Counted from the first letter of the stretch, positions 6,855 to 16,499 are shown. The stretch is DNA of 17,187 bases from Coleofasciculus sp. B1-GNL1-01 (GCA_040220235.1 JAVJTO010000107.1); one strand, 5' to 3'. Translations and numbers: made by a program. Notes: generated by a model not told the origin, from the sequence alone.

Positions 6855-9137
6855 AAACTCATTGGATTAGGACTAGCTGGATTAGCCATTAGCGCACCTA
6901 TGGTGTACACCATCCCGGCTGTTCATGCCCAAACCGTACCCACAGCCGTTCGCCAAGCCTTTTCACTGCTGAGTCAAGGACGAGTTCAGGATGCGATCGC
7001 GGCATTTGAGGCAGCGGTACGGCGTTATCCGGATTCCTTGGATGCCAAGTTAGGGTTAGCGATCGCTCATCGACGACAGGGGAATCTTCAGCAAGCCTGG
7101 AATGCTTATCAACAAGTATTGGCACAAGATCCCACCAATGAATTAGCCTTAAAATCGGTGGGTCTATTCGGAACCTATCGACCAGAATGGCAGGTTCAGG
7201 GGATTGAAGCACTAACTACATTGCTGAATCTCAATCCCAACGATATCGAAGCCCGTGGTTTGCGAGCCCAACTCTATGGCTTTCAGCAACGGTTTGCTGA
7301 AGCTTTGGCGGATTATCAAATTGTCCTCCAAGGAAATCCCCCGCCCAATATTCTGCTGGGGGCGGCGGAAACGTTTACCAATAGTGGGAACCCGGAACGG
7401 GGATTGGAACTGTTTAACCGTTACCTGGCGACAGGCGGACAAATTACCGGGTATCCCGCCCTGGCTTACGCCCGCGCCTTACAAGAAACCGGGAATCCGG
7501 CGGCGGCTGTCCAGATTCTGGAAGGACAACTGCGATCGCCCCAACTTTTACAAGATCAACAATTAGCCATCTTCACCCGAACGGCTTTATCCCAAGCCTA
7601 TCTCGCCAATCAACAGCCAACTGAAGCGTTAAATGTCTTAACCCCCCTACAAGGCAATCCCAATGCTACCTTACCCTTAGCACGAGCCTTGAATGAGATT
7701 CGCAATCAAACGGGTAACCAAGCCCTAACCCAACAAGTCGCGAATTTGTATCGTCAGGCGCTGGATCAAACCCCCAATCCTGAACCCAAACTCTTGCGGG
7801 AAATTGCTGATGTTTTTAGTGGGTTACCAAACCAACAGCAAACGGCTCTGAATCTCTATCGGCAACTCTTAAGTTTACAACCCAATGACCGCACTCTCTT
7901 AGTTAAACAAGTCGCCTTGGAACGGGAACTGGGGTTAATTTCCGAAGCCGAACTCAAAGCCCGTCTATTGAGCGCCCTGCAACCACTACCCGCTGATCCC
8001 AATGAACGCCAACTTATCGCCCAAGCCTTAGCCGGGATTGAACCCCCAGGACCAGAATTATTACCCATTTACACCAGTCTCCTCCAATCCGGTGTCAATG
8101 TTCCTTTTTTAAATTTCCGCATCGCCCAGATTTTGTTGGAAAACGATAACCTAGCCGGAGCAAGACAGGCGTTAGCTGCTTATGCAGCAACCCCCGCAGG
8201 CGCGGAAGACTTAGCTCCCCAATTGTTAGCCGCAGAAATTGAGCGTCGGGAAGGGAACTTAGAAGCCAGCGCCCAGCGTTATCAGGCTTTAATTGCCAGC
8301 AATCCAGCCGAACGAGATATTCTCAACGCGGCGATACGAGGGCTGGCGAATGTGCGGCTGCAACAAAATCGTCCCACGGAAGCCCTGGCTGTCTTTGATC
8401 AGTTAATTGCCCGTAATCCCCAAGACACGACACTGCAACTTGCCCGCGCCAATCTAGCCTACCAAGCGGATCTAATTTCAGAATCTCAAGCCCAAGCCGT
8501 TCTCAATTACTGGCTGCAAACTCAACCCGCCACCAATGCGCCGCCAGAACTATTTACCCTGGTGGGATCATTACCGCCATCTCCCGAACGGGAGGCACTT
8601 TATAACAGACTGCTTCAGCTTGATCCAACGAATTTGCCTGTCCAAATCCGCTCAATTCAGCTAATTGCCCAACGCAGTCCCGAACAAGCCAGAGTTAGAG
8701 TCGCGCAATTAGTCGCCCGCGATCCCACCAACATCCGCAACTACTTCTTACAAGGGGAAATTGGTCAGGCGATCGATGATTTAGAACTCGCTGAACAAGC
8801 CTATCAGTTAATTTTATCCGCACAACCAGCTAATCAAGAGGCATTATCCGCCCTCGCTGGGGTTCGATTTCAACAACGACGATTGGATGAAGCCAGAAAT
8901 CTTTATTCCCAAGCCTTAGCCCTTGACCCGAATGATCAAGGAATTCGTCAAGCGATGATTGGACTGAAACGAGTTCAAGACTATCAGCTTGAGGCTTTAG
9001 CGGATTTGGAAGCGATGCAAGTCGAACAACTTCAACAAGGAGGAACGTTAGATCCAGAATTATCAAATCAAATGCAACAAATTCAGGAAGACTTTTTACA
9101 ACGACGAGGATTTCAACCCCCATGGGAACGGTTCTAG
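6849..9137 (+). CDS. Secreted TPR-repeat protein (analogue of BcsC periplasmic domain / BcsK), no beta-barrel
   Basis: Signal peptide ending AVHA; TPR-type helices throughout (AIAAFEAAVRRYP, AYQQVLAQDP, LYSQALALDP); ends RRGFQPPWERF; lies in a bcs cluster. Confidence 0.85.
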   Translation: MTKLIGLGLAGLAISAPMVYTIPAVHAQTVPTAVRQAFSLLSQGRVQDAIAAFEAAVRRYPDSLDAKLGLAIAHRRQGNLQQAWNAYQQVLAQDPTNELALKSVGLFGTYRPEWQVQGIEALTTLLNLNPNDIEARGLRAQLYGFQQRFAEALADYQIVLQGNPPPNILLGAAETFTNSGNPERGLELFNRYLATGGQITGYPALAYARALQETGNPAAAVQILEGQLRSPQLLQDQQLAIFTRTALSQAYLANQQPTEALNVLTPLQGNPNATLPLARALNEIRNQTGNQALTQQVANLYRQALDQTPNPEPKLLREIADVFSGLPNQQQTALNLYRQLLSLQPNDRTLLVKQVALERELGLISEAELKARLLSALQPLPADPNERQLIAQALAGIEPPGPELLPIYTSLLQSGVNVPFLNFRIAQILLENDNLAGARQALAAYAATPAGAEDLAPQLLAAEIERREGNLEASAQRYQALIASNPAERDILNAAIRGLANVRLQQNRPTEALAVFDQLIARNPQDTTLQLARANLAYQADLISESQAQAVLNYWLQTQPATNAPPELFTLVGSLPPSPEREALYNRLLQLDPTNLPVQIRSIQLIAQRSPEQARVRVAQLVARDPTNIRNYFLQGEIGQAIDDLELAEQAYQLILSAQPANQEALSALAGVRFQQRRLDEARNLYSQALALDPNDQGIRQAMIGLKRVQDYQLEALADLEAMQVEQLQQGGTLDPELSNQMQQIQEDFLQRRGFQPPWERF

Positions 9138-9151
9138 TGTGCGCGTCTGTA

Positions 9152-9306
9152 GGGGGAGATGGGGAAGATGGAGGAGATGGGGAAGTTAAAACTAAACTCT
9201 ACCTTACCTATTCCTTATTCCCTATTCCCTACTCCCCATTCCCTATTGCCTATTCCCTATTCCCTGACAAATGACAAATGACGAATGACAAAGGACAAAG
9301 GACAAA
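9152..9306 (+). repeat. Three adjacent tandem arrays: GGGG(A/G)AGAT-like 9-mer, CCCTATT-like heptamer, A(T/G)GACAA-like heptamer
   Basis: Visible at about 9152-9185, 9203-9264 and 9265-9306. Confidence 0.88.
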
Positions 9307-10642
9307 TCACTGGGTTCGTAGTAGGCACTTTAGTGCCAGAAGCGCTAAAGCGCTGACTACAAGCATGACTACAAGCGCTATGTTACTGCTGTTGAATCTC
9401 ACCAGTTGTGTGTCCATAAAATTCTCCGAACCTGAACCGCCGGAAGCCTCGGTTTCCCCTTCTCCCTCTCCAGTAACGGCTTCCCCCGTGGCTGATTTTC
9501 CCGTTTTATCCCCATCGCCGCCTATCCAGGATATACTCGAACAAAGCTGGGTCATCTACAGACAACAATTCATTCAAGAGGACGGACGAGTAATCGACTA
9601 CGAAGCGAGCGATCGCTCCACCTCAGAAGGACAAGCCTACGCTATGCTCAGGGCTGTATTGATTAATGACCCAACCACATTTGCCCTCACTTTAGAGTGG
9701 GCAGAAGATAACCTGCATCGACTCACAGAAACAGGTGAACCTGAAGACAATCTTTGGGTTTGGCTGTGGGGTCAAGATGACGAGGGCAATTGGGGTGCTA
9801 TTGATCGAAATTTTGCCAGCGATGCTGATATTGATGCGATTACCGCATTAATTTGGGCATACCGCCGCTGGAATCGCCCGGACTATCTAGAGTTAGCGCG
9901 AATCAAGCTGCGCGATTTGTGGGACTACTCCACCATCGCTGGACCCGATGGCAAACGTTATCTCCTTCCTGGACCCAAGGAAGCCTTTGTCCCGTCGCCA
10001 TCGACTATTTATCTGAATCCCTCCTATCTCGCCCCTTATGCGTTTCGCCTGTTTGCTCAGGTTGATCCCGAACGAGACTGGCTGAGTTTGATAGACAGTA
10101 GCTACTACGTCTTGGAAAACTCCTCTAAAGTTTCGGCGGTTGGGTTACCGAGTGACTGGATTGCTTTGGATTTACAGACCAATCAATTTCAGTCCATACC
10201 CTCACAAAGCAAACTGAAAAGCGTCTATAGCTTTGATGCGTATCGCGTCTGGTGGCGAATCGCTTGGGATGCCGAATGGTTTCAATCAACGGAGGCGTTA
10301 AATTATCTGGAAACAGCAACCCAATACCTTGAAGATCAATGGCAATCGTCCTCTCGCTTGCCTGCTCGAATTAACCTCGATGGAGAATCTTTGGTCAAAT
10401 ACGATGCCACCTCCCAATATGCCATGCTTTACCCAGCTATGCGCTTAATCAATCCGGCTATAGCTGAACAACTATTGGAGCGTAAACTTCTACCCCAATA
10501 CAATCAGGGAATTTGGGATGATGAATCTGCCTACTATACCCAAAACTTAGCCTGGATCGCCCTAGTATCACCTGACCTGGTAAAGAATTCGCAATTTTTT
10601 CAACCCCAGCAGCAGTTTTCCAGAAACGCAATAAGGGAATGA
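9278..10642 (+). CDS. bcsZ: GH8 endo-1,4-beta-glucanase, predicted lipoprotein
   Basis: GH8 motifs TSEGQAYAM, NFASDAD, NPSY, FDAYRV; lipobox LTSC (Cys codon 9407-9409) followed by a Pro/Ser linker. Start uncertain (9278 or 9365). Confidence 0.92.
   Translation: MTNDKGQRTNHWVRSRHFSARSAKALTTSMTTSAMLLLLNLTSCVSIKFSEPEPPEASVSPSPSPVTASPVADFPVLSPSPPIQDILEQSWVIYRQQFIQEDGRVIDYEASDRSTSEGQAYAMLRAVLINDPTTFALTLEWAEDNLHRLTETGEPEDNLWVWLWGQDDEGNWGAIDRNFASDADIDAITALIWAYRRWNRPDYLELARIKLRDLWDYSTIAGPDGKRYLLPGPKEAFVPSPSTIYLNPSYLAPYAFRLFAQVDPERDWLSLIDSSYYVLENSSKVSAVGLPSDWIALDLQTNQFQSIPSQSKLKSVYSFDAYRVWWRIAWDAEWFQSTEALNYLETATQYLEDQWQSSSRLPARINLDGESLVKYDATSQYAMLYPAMRLINPAIAEQLLERKLLPQYNQGIWDDESAYYTQNLAWIALVSPDLVKNSQFFQPQQQFSRNAIRE
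9314..9364. repeat. 51-nt REP-like double-hairpin element
   Basis: Imperfect terminal inverted repeats GTTCGTAGT...ACTACAAGC enclosing GGCACT-tt-AGTGCC and AGCGCT-aa-AGCGCT. Confidence 0.75.
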
Positions 10643-10678
10643 TACAGAGGTCGATAACGTCTGTCAAGGCTTGAAACC

Positions 10679-10698
10679 GTTACGAATTAATTCGTAAC
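10679..10698. repeat. Perfect 20-bp palindrome in the bcsZ-bcsB spacer
   Basis: GTTACGAATTAATTCGTAAC equals its reverse complement. Confidence 0.85.
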
Positions 10699-11064
10699 CC
10701 CGAATAATCGCATCTTATATCAGGGTGGCATCGAGTCGAATACCGATTCAGAGGACTAGAAAAATGTCACCACCGTTTCTACAAATGACCGGGTTCAGTC
10801 AACCTGTTACTCGTTGGACTGAAGCGGGAATGCTATCTACAAACCGTCCTAATTCGGGCGGGTTCCGTTGATAAATGATGTTCCTTGCCATCGTTTAGGG
10901 GAGCCTGTCCGTTTGGCACAAATCGGTTGGGTAGAGCAATAGCCAAACCCAACAGCACAAATTGGCTTGTTTAAACATCCCCGAATTCCAGATAGTCGGA
11001 ATCGCATAATTTAGTTCCCAAGCAATACTAACTGGGCATTTCCATCAACCGTAAGAGTTCTCCT

Positions 11065-13641
11065 ATGAAACGCCTGTTTCGTCACTCCCAATCTCCAAAT
11101 CCTTCCACCCATCGCGGACGTCAGCGCTCCACCCGTGTATCTACAGGAACGCGACTCGGATTGTTGCTTCTGTGTAGCGTTTTAGTCGTCGGGCTGGTGA
11201 TCACCACCAACTTTGCCGTCGCTCAAAGCGACAGTAGCCTGCAAGAGCAGGAAGATCAGTTAATTCGCGAATATACCCTACCCACCACACCCCAGAAAGA
11301 ACCTGTTTACAAACCCGCTCCGGCGGCTCCCCCGAAAAAATCTACATCGCCAACGCGCAAGCGGACAACGCCAGCCCCTAATCAACCGCCGCCGCAGAGT
11401 CAGCCCACTCGTTCAGCGCCGCCATCAACCGAACCCGAAGAACCCGCACCCGCACGTCGTTCTCCTGCACCCTCCTCACCTGCTCGCGAGGAAGAAACGG
11501 CAGAGGCTGAACCCTTACCCACAGGTGAGTACGTCCTGCAATTCAATCGCTCTCCCATCGTCGGAAACCGCTTCCGCTTCCGAGGGGTGTATTCTGAAGC
11601 CCGACTTGGTTTTACCCGTCCCCGGGGCTGGAAAATCCAAGGGGCTAAAGCCCTAATTCGTTTCCAGCATTCACCTGCCCTGATTGCCAAGGACTCCAAT
11701 CTCACAGTCCGAGTGAATGGCACGAGTGTGGGTTCAGTCCCCCTCAACCGCCAACAATCGGAAGTTGGCAGCGTCCTCTTCAACGTCCCATCCCGACTGA
11801 TTCAGGACTATAACGAACTGACGATTGTCGCCCGACAAAGTAATGACGAAGAATGTAGCGATCCGGGTGACCCCACGCTTTGGACAGAAGTACTACCGGA
11901 TTCAGAATTACAGTTTGAATATCAGCCCCAACCGATTCCGCTCAACTTTAGCCGCTACCCCTATCCTTTCTTTGACGACCTCAGTTTAGATACCAATCGC
12001 ATTGTTTATCTTCTGCCCAAGGTTAACGACACCTGGTTAACCGCCGCGTCTCGCTTTCAAGCTGCATTAGGCAGAATGGCTGAATTCCGTCCCATTGATA
12101 CGGAAATCATTAACGATTTAGAGGATATAGAGTGGGGTCAACGGTTGGTCGTTATTGGCACACCCGCCGAACAACCCGCCATAGAGGATTTGGATCTGCC
12201 CTTTAGTATCAGTGGCAATCAAATTTTAGATGGAAACCAAGTCGCTTTACCCAGTGACGTAGGTATCTTAATGATGACCACCACCTTAGATGGGGCGGTT
12301 CCCGTTTTAGTGGTGACAGGCAATGGGGCTGACGGTGTTGCCAAAGCTGCCCAGTTTTTAGTCCAGCCTGACAGCCGTAAATTTGGTACAGGTCAAGCTG
12401 TATTAGTGGATAGTCTCAAACAGGTAGACACACCATCACTCCGGAATTGGCCCGGTTATTTACCGGAAGAAAATTCCTTTACCCTCAGCGAAATTAAAAC
12501 CCAAGAAAACGGTGATCCGTTCCAAGACATCACGGTACGTGGGTCAGCGGCACCCCCAATTCCAATTGATTTTCGCGCTTTGCCGGATGACCAATTTACG
12601 CGGGGGAGTTCCATGACCCTGCGTTATAGCTATAGTCCACAAATCAATCCCCGTACCTCGGCGGTAGAAGTCCTACTGGATGGCACGTTTATCGGTGGGG
12701 CGCGATTGACCTCAGAAGACGGCGCTACCCGAAAACGATTAAAAGTGGATTTGCCCCCCCATTTAATCAAGCCCGATTCCCAACTGGAAGTGGCATTCCG
12801 ACTCAATCCCAGAGAACCGGGTGTATGTGGTAAAGTCACCGACCAACAATTGACAGGAACCCTCCATGCAGACACTAGCTTCAACCTAAACCGCCAACAA
12901 TCGGTACAACTCCCCGATTTAGGACTGTTTCAGGAAGGTTATCCCTTTGCTGCACCCCAGGATTTGTCCAGAACCGCGATTGTGGTGCCGGATTCTCCCA
13001 GTAATACGGATTTGCTGACGCTGTTAACGGTTAGCGAACGTCTGGGACGACTGAGTAAGGCAGATTCGGTTAATCTGGATGCCTATACAACGACAACGTT
13101 GCCTGCTGAAGTCCGCGAGGGACACCATTTGGTGGGAATTGGTACCAGAGAGCAATTTCCCTTCCCAGAGGTGTTTGATGGCAGTGGTTTCCGCTTGCAG
13201 GATGCTTTTTCTCGCCAGTGGAATCAAGGCAGCATTCAAGCCTTACCCGATAACGAAGGCATGATTAAGGAAATCATGTCGCCAGAGAACAAGGAACGGG
13301 TGCTATTAGCGCTAACCGCACAGACGGCGAATGGGTTAGAACGAGTGCGGCAGGTGATTAGCAAAGATCCCTGGTTTTTCCAACTTCAGGAAGACACGGT
13401 TCTGATCAGCAGCAATCAGCAAGATACGGCTAGCTATGATCCGGATGCCTACACATTGGAATTCTTAGAACGTGCGCCTTCAACCAGTCGGATTGAAAAT
13501 ACTGGACTGTTGAGTAAGGTGTCACGCTTTATTCAAGACAACTGGTTCTTTTTACCGGCTGGCATTTTCGCGATCGCGCTTTTGCTATACGGGATTTCTC
13601 AGTTCTATCTCAAGCGGCTTAGTGATCAAAAGAGTCATTAG
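11065..13641 (+). CDS. bcsB: Cellulose synthase periplasmic subunit BcsB
   Basis: Signal peptide ending AVA, Pro-rich linker, two similar beta-rich modules each with one Cys (DEEC, PGVC), YPYPF and GYPF motifs, single C-terminal TM helix; directly upstream of bcsA. Confidence 0.92.
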   Translation: MKRLFRHSQSPNPSTHRGRQRSTRVSTGTRLGLLLLCSVLVVGLVITTNFAVAQSDSSLQEQEDQLIREYTLPTTPQKEPVYKPAPAAPPKKSTSPTRKRTTPAPNQPPPQSQPTRSAPPSTEPEEPAPARRSPAPSSPAREEETAEAEPLPTGEYVLQFNRSPIVGNRFRFRGVYSEARLGFTRPRGWKIQGAKALIRFQHSPALIAKDSNLTVRVNGTSVGSVPLNRQQSEVGSVLFNVPSRLIQDYNELTIVARQSNDEECSDPGDPTLWTEVLPDSELQFEYQPQPIPLNFSRYPYPFFDDLSLDTNRIVYLLPKVNDTWLTAASRFQAALGRMAEFRPIDTEIINDLEDIEWGQRLVVIGTPAEQPAIEDLDLPFSISGNQILDGNQVALPSDVGILMMTTTLDGAVPVLVVTGNGADGVAKAAQFLVQPDSRKFGTGQAVLVDSLKQVDTPSLRNWPGYLPEENSFTLSEIKTQENGDPFQDITVRGSAAPPIPIDFRALPDDQFTRGSSMTLRYSYSPQINPRTSAVEVLLDGTFIGGARLTSEDGATRKRLKVDLPPHLIKPDSQLEVAFRLNPREPGVCGKVTDQQLTGTLHADTSFNLNRQQSVQLPDLGLFQEGYPFAAPQDLSRTAIVVPDSPSNTDLLTLLTVSERLGRLSKADSVNLDAYTTTTLPAEVREGHHLVGIGTREQFPFPEVFDGSGFRLQDAFSRQWNQGSIQALPDNEGMIKEIMSPENKERVLLALTAQTANGLERVRQVISKDPWFFQLQEDTVLISSNQQDTASYDPDAYTLEFLERAPSTSRIENTGLLSKVSRFIQDNWFFLPAGIFAIALLLYGISQFYLKRLSDQKSH

Positions 13642-13653
13642 TTATTCGTCATT

Positions 13654-13824
13654 CTCCCTCTGCTTCCCCAGCTCCCCCAGCTTCCCCAGCTTCCCCGGCT
13701 CCCCCGGCTCCCTCAGCTTCCCCAGCTTCCCCAGCTTCCCCAGCTTCCCCGGCTCCCCCGGCTCCCTCAGCGTCCCCAGCTTCCCCAGCTTCCCCAGCTT
13801 CCCCGGCTCCCCCGGCTCCCCCTG
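13654..13824 (+). repeat. 9-mer tandem array CT(T/C)CCCC(A/G)G x19, organised as 3 x 54 nt plus one unit
   Basis: Units parsed by hand; the ctccctc variant recurs at 13654, 13708 and 13762. Confidence 0.92.
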
Positions 13825-13862
13825 CCTTCTACCTTCTTATTCACTAACCCCTACCGTTGAAT

Positions 13863-16487
13863 ATGTCTTCGTCTTCGTCTAAATTCCAGCGATTTCGTCC
13901 TCGACGCCCCTTTGCCACTGACTGGCTAGTTGATGTTCTGCCTCGGTTTTTTGATCGCTCGCTCGAACGAATCGGCTTGAGCCATTTGAAATGGCTGGTT
14001 CTGTTTCTTCTGGTGATCTCGATTCCCCTGGTGATTACTCCACTAAAGGTTTGGCAACAGGGGGTTGTCGCCGTTTTGCTTTTAGCGATCGGGCAAGTGG
14101 TTGTACGGGCAGAAAACCGAGTGTCAGACAAACAAATTAGTGAGTATTATCACTTATTTTTAGTCTGGTTGAGTTTAGTCACCACTGCCCGCTATCTCTA
14201 CTATCGCCTCAACTACACGCTCAATTTTGATACCTTTCTCAATGGTTTATTTTGTGTGCTGTTGTTGACGGCAGAACTCTATGCCATCCTGACGCTCGTT
14301 CTGGCGTATTTTCAAACCCTACATATTCAAGACCGGGAACCTGTCGATTTGTCGGCATATCCGCAAGACCAGTGGCCCAAGGTGGATATCTATATTCCTA
14401 CCTATAACGAAGACGTGGAAATTGTCCGCAAAACGGCAATAGGAGCCATAGCAATTGACTATCCGGAAGACAAAAAAAAGGTGTATGTTTTAGATGATGG
14501 TCGAGCCGAAAAATATAAAGCCCGTCGCGAAAGATTGCGGAAAATGTGCGAAGAAGTCGGCTGCATCATGATGACGCGGGATAATAACGAACATGCTAAG
14601 GCAGGGAATATTAATACCGCGTTTCGCCGCACCAAAGGAGATTTGGTGATGATTCTGGACTGTGACCATATTCCGCTGCGAGATTTTCTCAAAGATACGG
14701 CTGGCTTCTTTTTTGATCCCAATGTGGCATTTGTGCAAACACCCCACTGGTTTTTTAACCCCGATCCGTTTGAGCGAAATTTGCGTACAGATGGCAGAAT
14801 TCCGGTTGGTAATGAACTGTTTTATAAGGTGCTGCAAAAAGGAAATGACTTTTGGAATGCGGCTTTCTTCTGTGGTTCAGCAGCAGTAATTCGTAAAGAA
14901 TATGCGCTACAGGTTGGCGGGATTGCCACAGAAACGGTGACTGAAGATTGTCACACGGCATTCCGACTGCATTCTCTGGGATACAGGTCAATTTACTACG
15001 ACAAAATCATGATTGCGGGTCTCGCCCCGGAGAACTTTTCCTCCTATGTGGGTCAGCAAGTCCGGTGGGCGCGGGGTATGGCGCAGATTCTGCGGATTGA
15101 AAATCCGGTGTTTAATCGGAAGCTAAATTTGACAATTCCCCAGCGGATTTGTTATTTCAGCGCCACGTCTCACTTCTTCTATGGCTATCCCCGACTCATC
15201 TATGCCCTCGCGCCAACCCTGTTCTTATTGTTTGGAATTAACCCGATTCAGGGTTTGGGATTAGAAACCTTAGCGTATGCGTTTCCTCATATCCTCCTAT
15301 CCCTCAATGCCAACTACATTACCTATAAGCATGTGCGCTTTTCCTTCTGGAATGAAATTTTTGAATTTGTGATGGCATTCCAGGCGGGGTATGTAACAAC
15401 GATGGCGTTAATTAATCCCAATCTGGGTTCTTTTAACGTCACGGACAAAGACATGACCCTGGTTAAACGGGAATTTAGTTTATCAAACTTTGATTGGCAG
15501 TCTGTACGGGGGCTGTTAGGTGTAGCAGCTTTTGTGGTGTTGGCGTTAGGGTCAGTTCCCTTTTGGTTAATCCTGCGTCCCGAAGATGCAGAAGCGGTTT
15601 TGGTTAACGCCTTGTGGTGTATCTTTAACATGATTCTGTTAATGGCAGCTTTACTGGTTGCTTTTGAACAACCCCAAGAACGCACCGCCCACCGCTTACG
15701 GCGACGGCTGGGGGCAACAATTTATAGCTATGACAAAAGTTGGAGTGGCATGACTCTGGATGTTTCGGAAACCGGAACTCGAATGCTTTTAGAAGTTGAA
15801 GGTCAACCCAACTTACCCGATGAAATTGAAGTTGAATTGGTGGGTGATTATGGGGCAAGGGTGATTATGGAGGCTCAGATTGTAGTGGCAAAGTCGGTCA
15901 ATGACCATCAAATGGAATTGGCGGTTAAGTTTATTAATGTCACCCAAGCCCAGCGAGATAATTTAACCTTGGTGACGTATTCTGATGTGAAGGAATGGTA
16001 TTCACAAACACGGGAATATGTGGATAAACCGTTGCAGTCCTTAGGATTTTTGGCTACAGGTCTTTTCCGTGCCTTCCAGGAATTTAACGTGGAGAAAGGG
16101 GCAGGAAAAGTCCGCAAACGGGTTCAAGCTTCAGCTCAATTGTTTTGGGAAGGAGACTTTTATTTGGCAACAGTGACCGCAATTGGGGCGACAAGTTTGC
16201 GATTAGAACTCGATGATTCTATTACATCGAATGCTAAACTACTTAAGCCTGATAATTTAAAGAAAATGCAGCAAGAAAAACCTTTAGTGGGCTTGTTGTT
16301 AAGTCAAGACGCCATGAGCCAATCCCGGGAGCGATTTTTAACCCAAATCCTCTCATTAGAAATTATGGTTCCAGGGGATAGCAGTAGTTCTTCTCCGAAA
16401 AAAATTGCTTTAGAGTTAAGTTTCCCTGAGCAATTTAAGGATCGGCAGGCGGCTAAAATTAAGGAGCTAGTCAGAGTTTTGCATTAA
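13863..16487 (+). CDS. bcsA: Cellulose synthase catalytic subunit (GT2 with PilZ domain)
   Basis: DDG, HAKAGN, DCD, QTPH, FFCGS, TED, QQVRW, FNVTDK gating-loop motif, multiple TM helices, PilZ RTAHR and DVSETG. Start ATG 13863 (track uses TTG 13857). Confidence 0.96.
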   Translation: MSSSSSKFQRFRPRRPFATDWLVDVLPRFFDRSLERIGLSHLKWLVLFLLVISIPLVITPLKVWQQGVVAVLLLAIGQVVVRAENRVSDKQISEYYHLFLVWLSLVTTARYLYYRLNYTLNFDTFLNGLFCVLLLTAELYAILTLVLAYFQTLHIQDREPVDLSAYPQDQWPKVDIYIPTYNEDVEIVRKTAIGAIAIDYPEDKKKVYVLDDGRAEKYKARRERLRKMCEEVGCIMMTRDNNEHAKAGNINTAFRRTKGDLVMILDCDHIPLRDFLKDTAGFFFDPNVAFVQTPHWFFNPDPFERNLRTDGRIPVGNELFYKVLQKGNDFWNAAFFCGSAAVIRKEYALQVGGIATETVTEDCHTAFRLHSLGYRSIYYDKIMIAGLAPENFSSYVGQQVRWARGMAQILRIENPVFNRKLNLTIPQRICYFSATSHFFYGYPRLIYALAPTLFLLFGINPIQGLGLETLAYAFPHILLSLNANYITYKHVRFSFWNEIFEFVMAFQAGYVTTMALINPNLGSFNVTDKDMTLVKREFSLSNFDWQSVRGLLGVAAFVVLALGSVPFWLILRPEDAEAVLVNALWCIFNMILLMAALLVAFEQPQERTAHRLRRRLGATIYSYDKSWSGMTLDVSETGTRMLLEVEGQPNLPDEIEVELVGDYGARVIMEAQIVVAKSVNDHQMELAVKFINVTQAQRDNLTLVTYSDVKEWYSQTREYVDKPLQSLGFLATGLFRAFQEFNVEKGAGKVRKRVQASAQLFWEGDFYLATVTAIGATSLRLELDDSITSNAKLLKPDNLKKMQQEKPLVGLLLSQDAMSQSRERFLTQILSLEIMVPGDSSSSSPKKIALELSFPEQFKDRQAAKIKELVRVLH

Positions 16488-16499
16488 TGATAGCGACAA

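Larger units (their letters stand above)
677..13577. other. HIP1 octamers GCGATCGC at 677, 3102, 6993, 7059, 7532, 9609, 13570
   Basis: Read by eye; cyanobacterial genome signature. None noticed within the IS. Confidence 0.85.

Noticed and set aside
13622..13882. 86-aa FPS/PGS repeat ORF bridging bcsB and bcsA
   Set aside because: Open only because the 9-mer array has no stop codons; overlaps both neighbours out of frame.
289..16117. Remaining short ORFs nested in or antisense to the main genes
   Set aside because: Shadow frames of well-supported CDSs with no motifs of their own.
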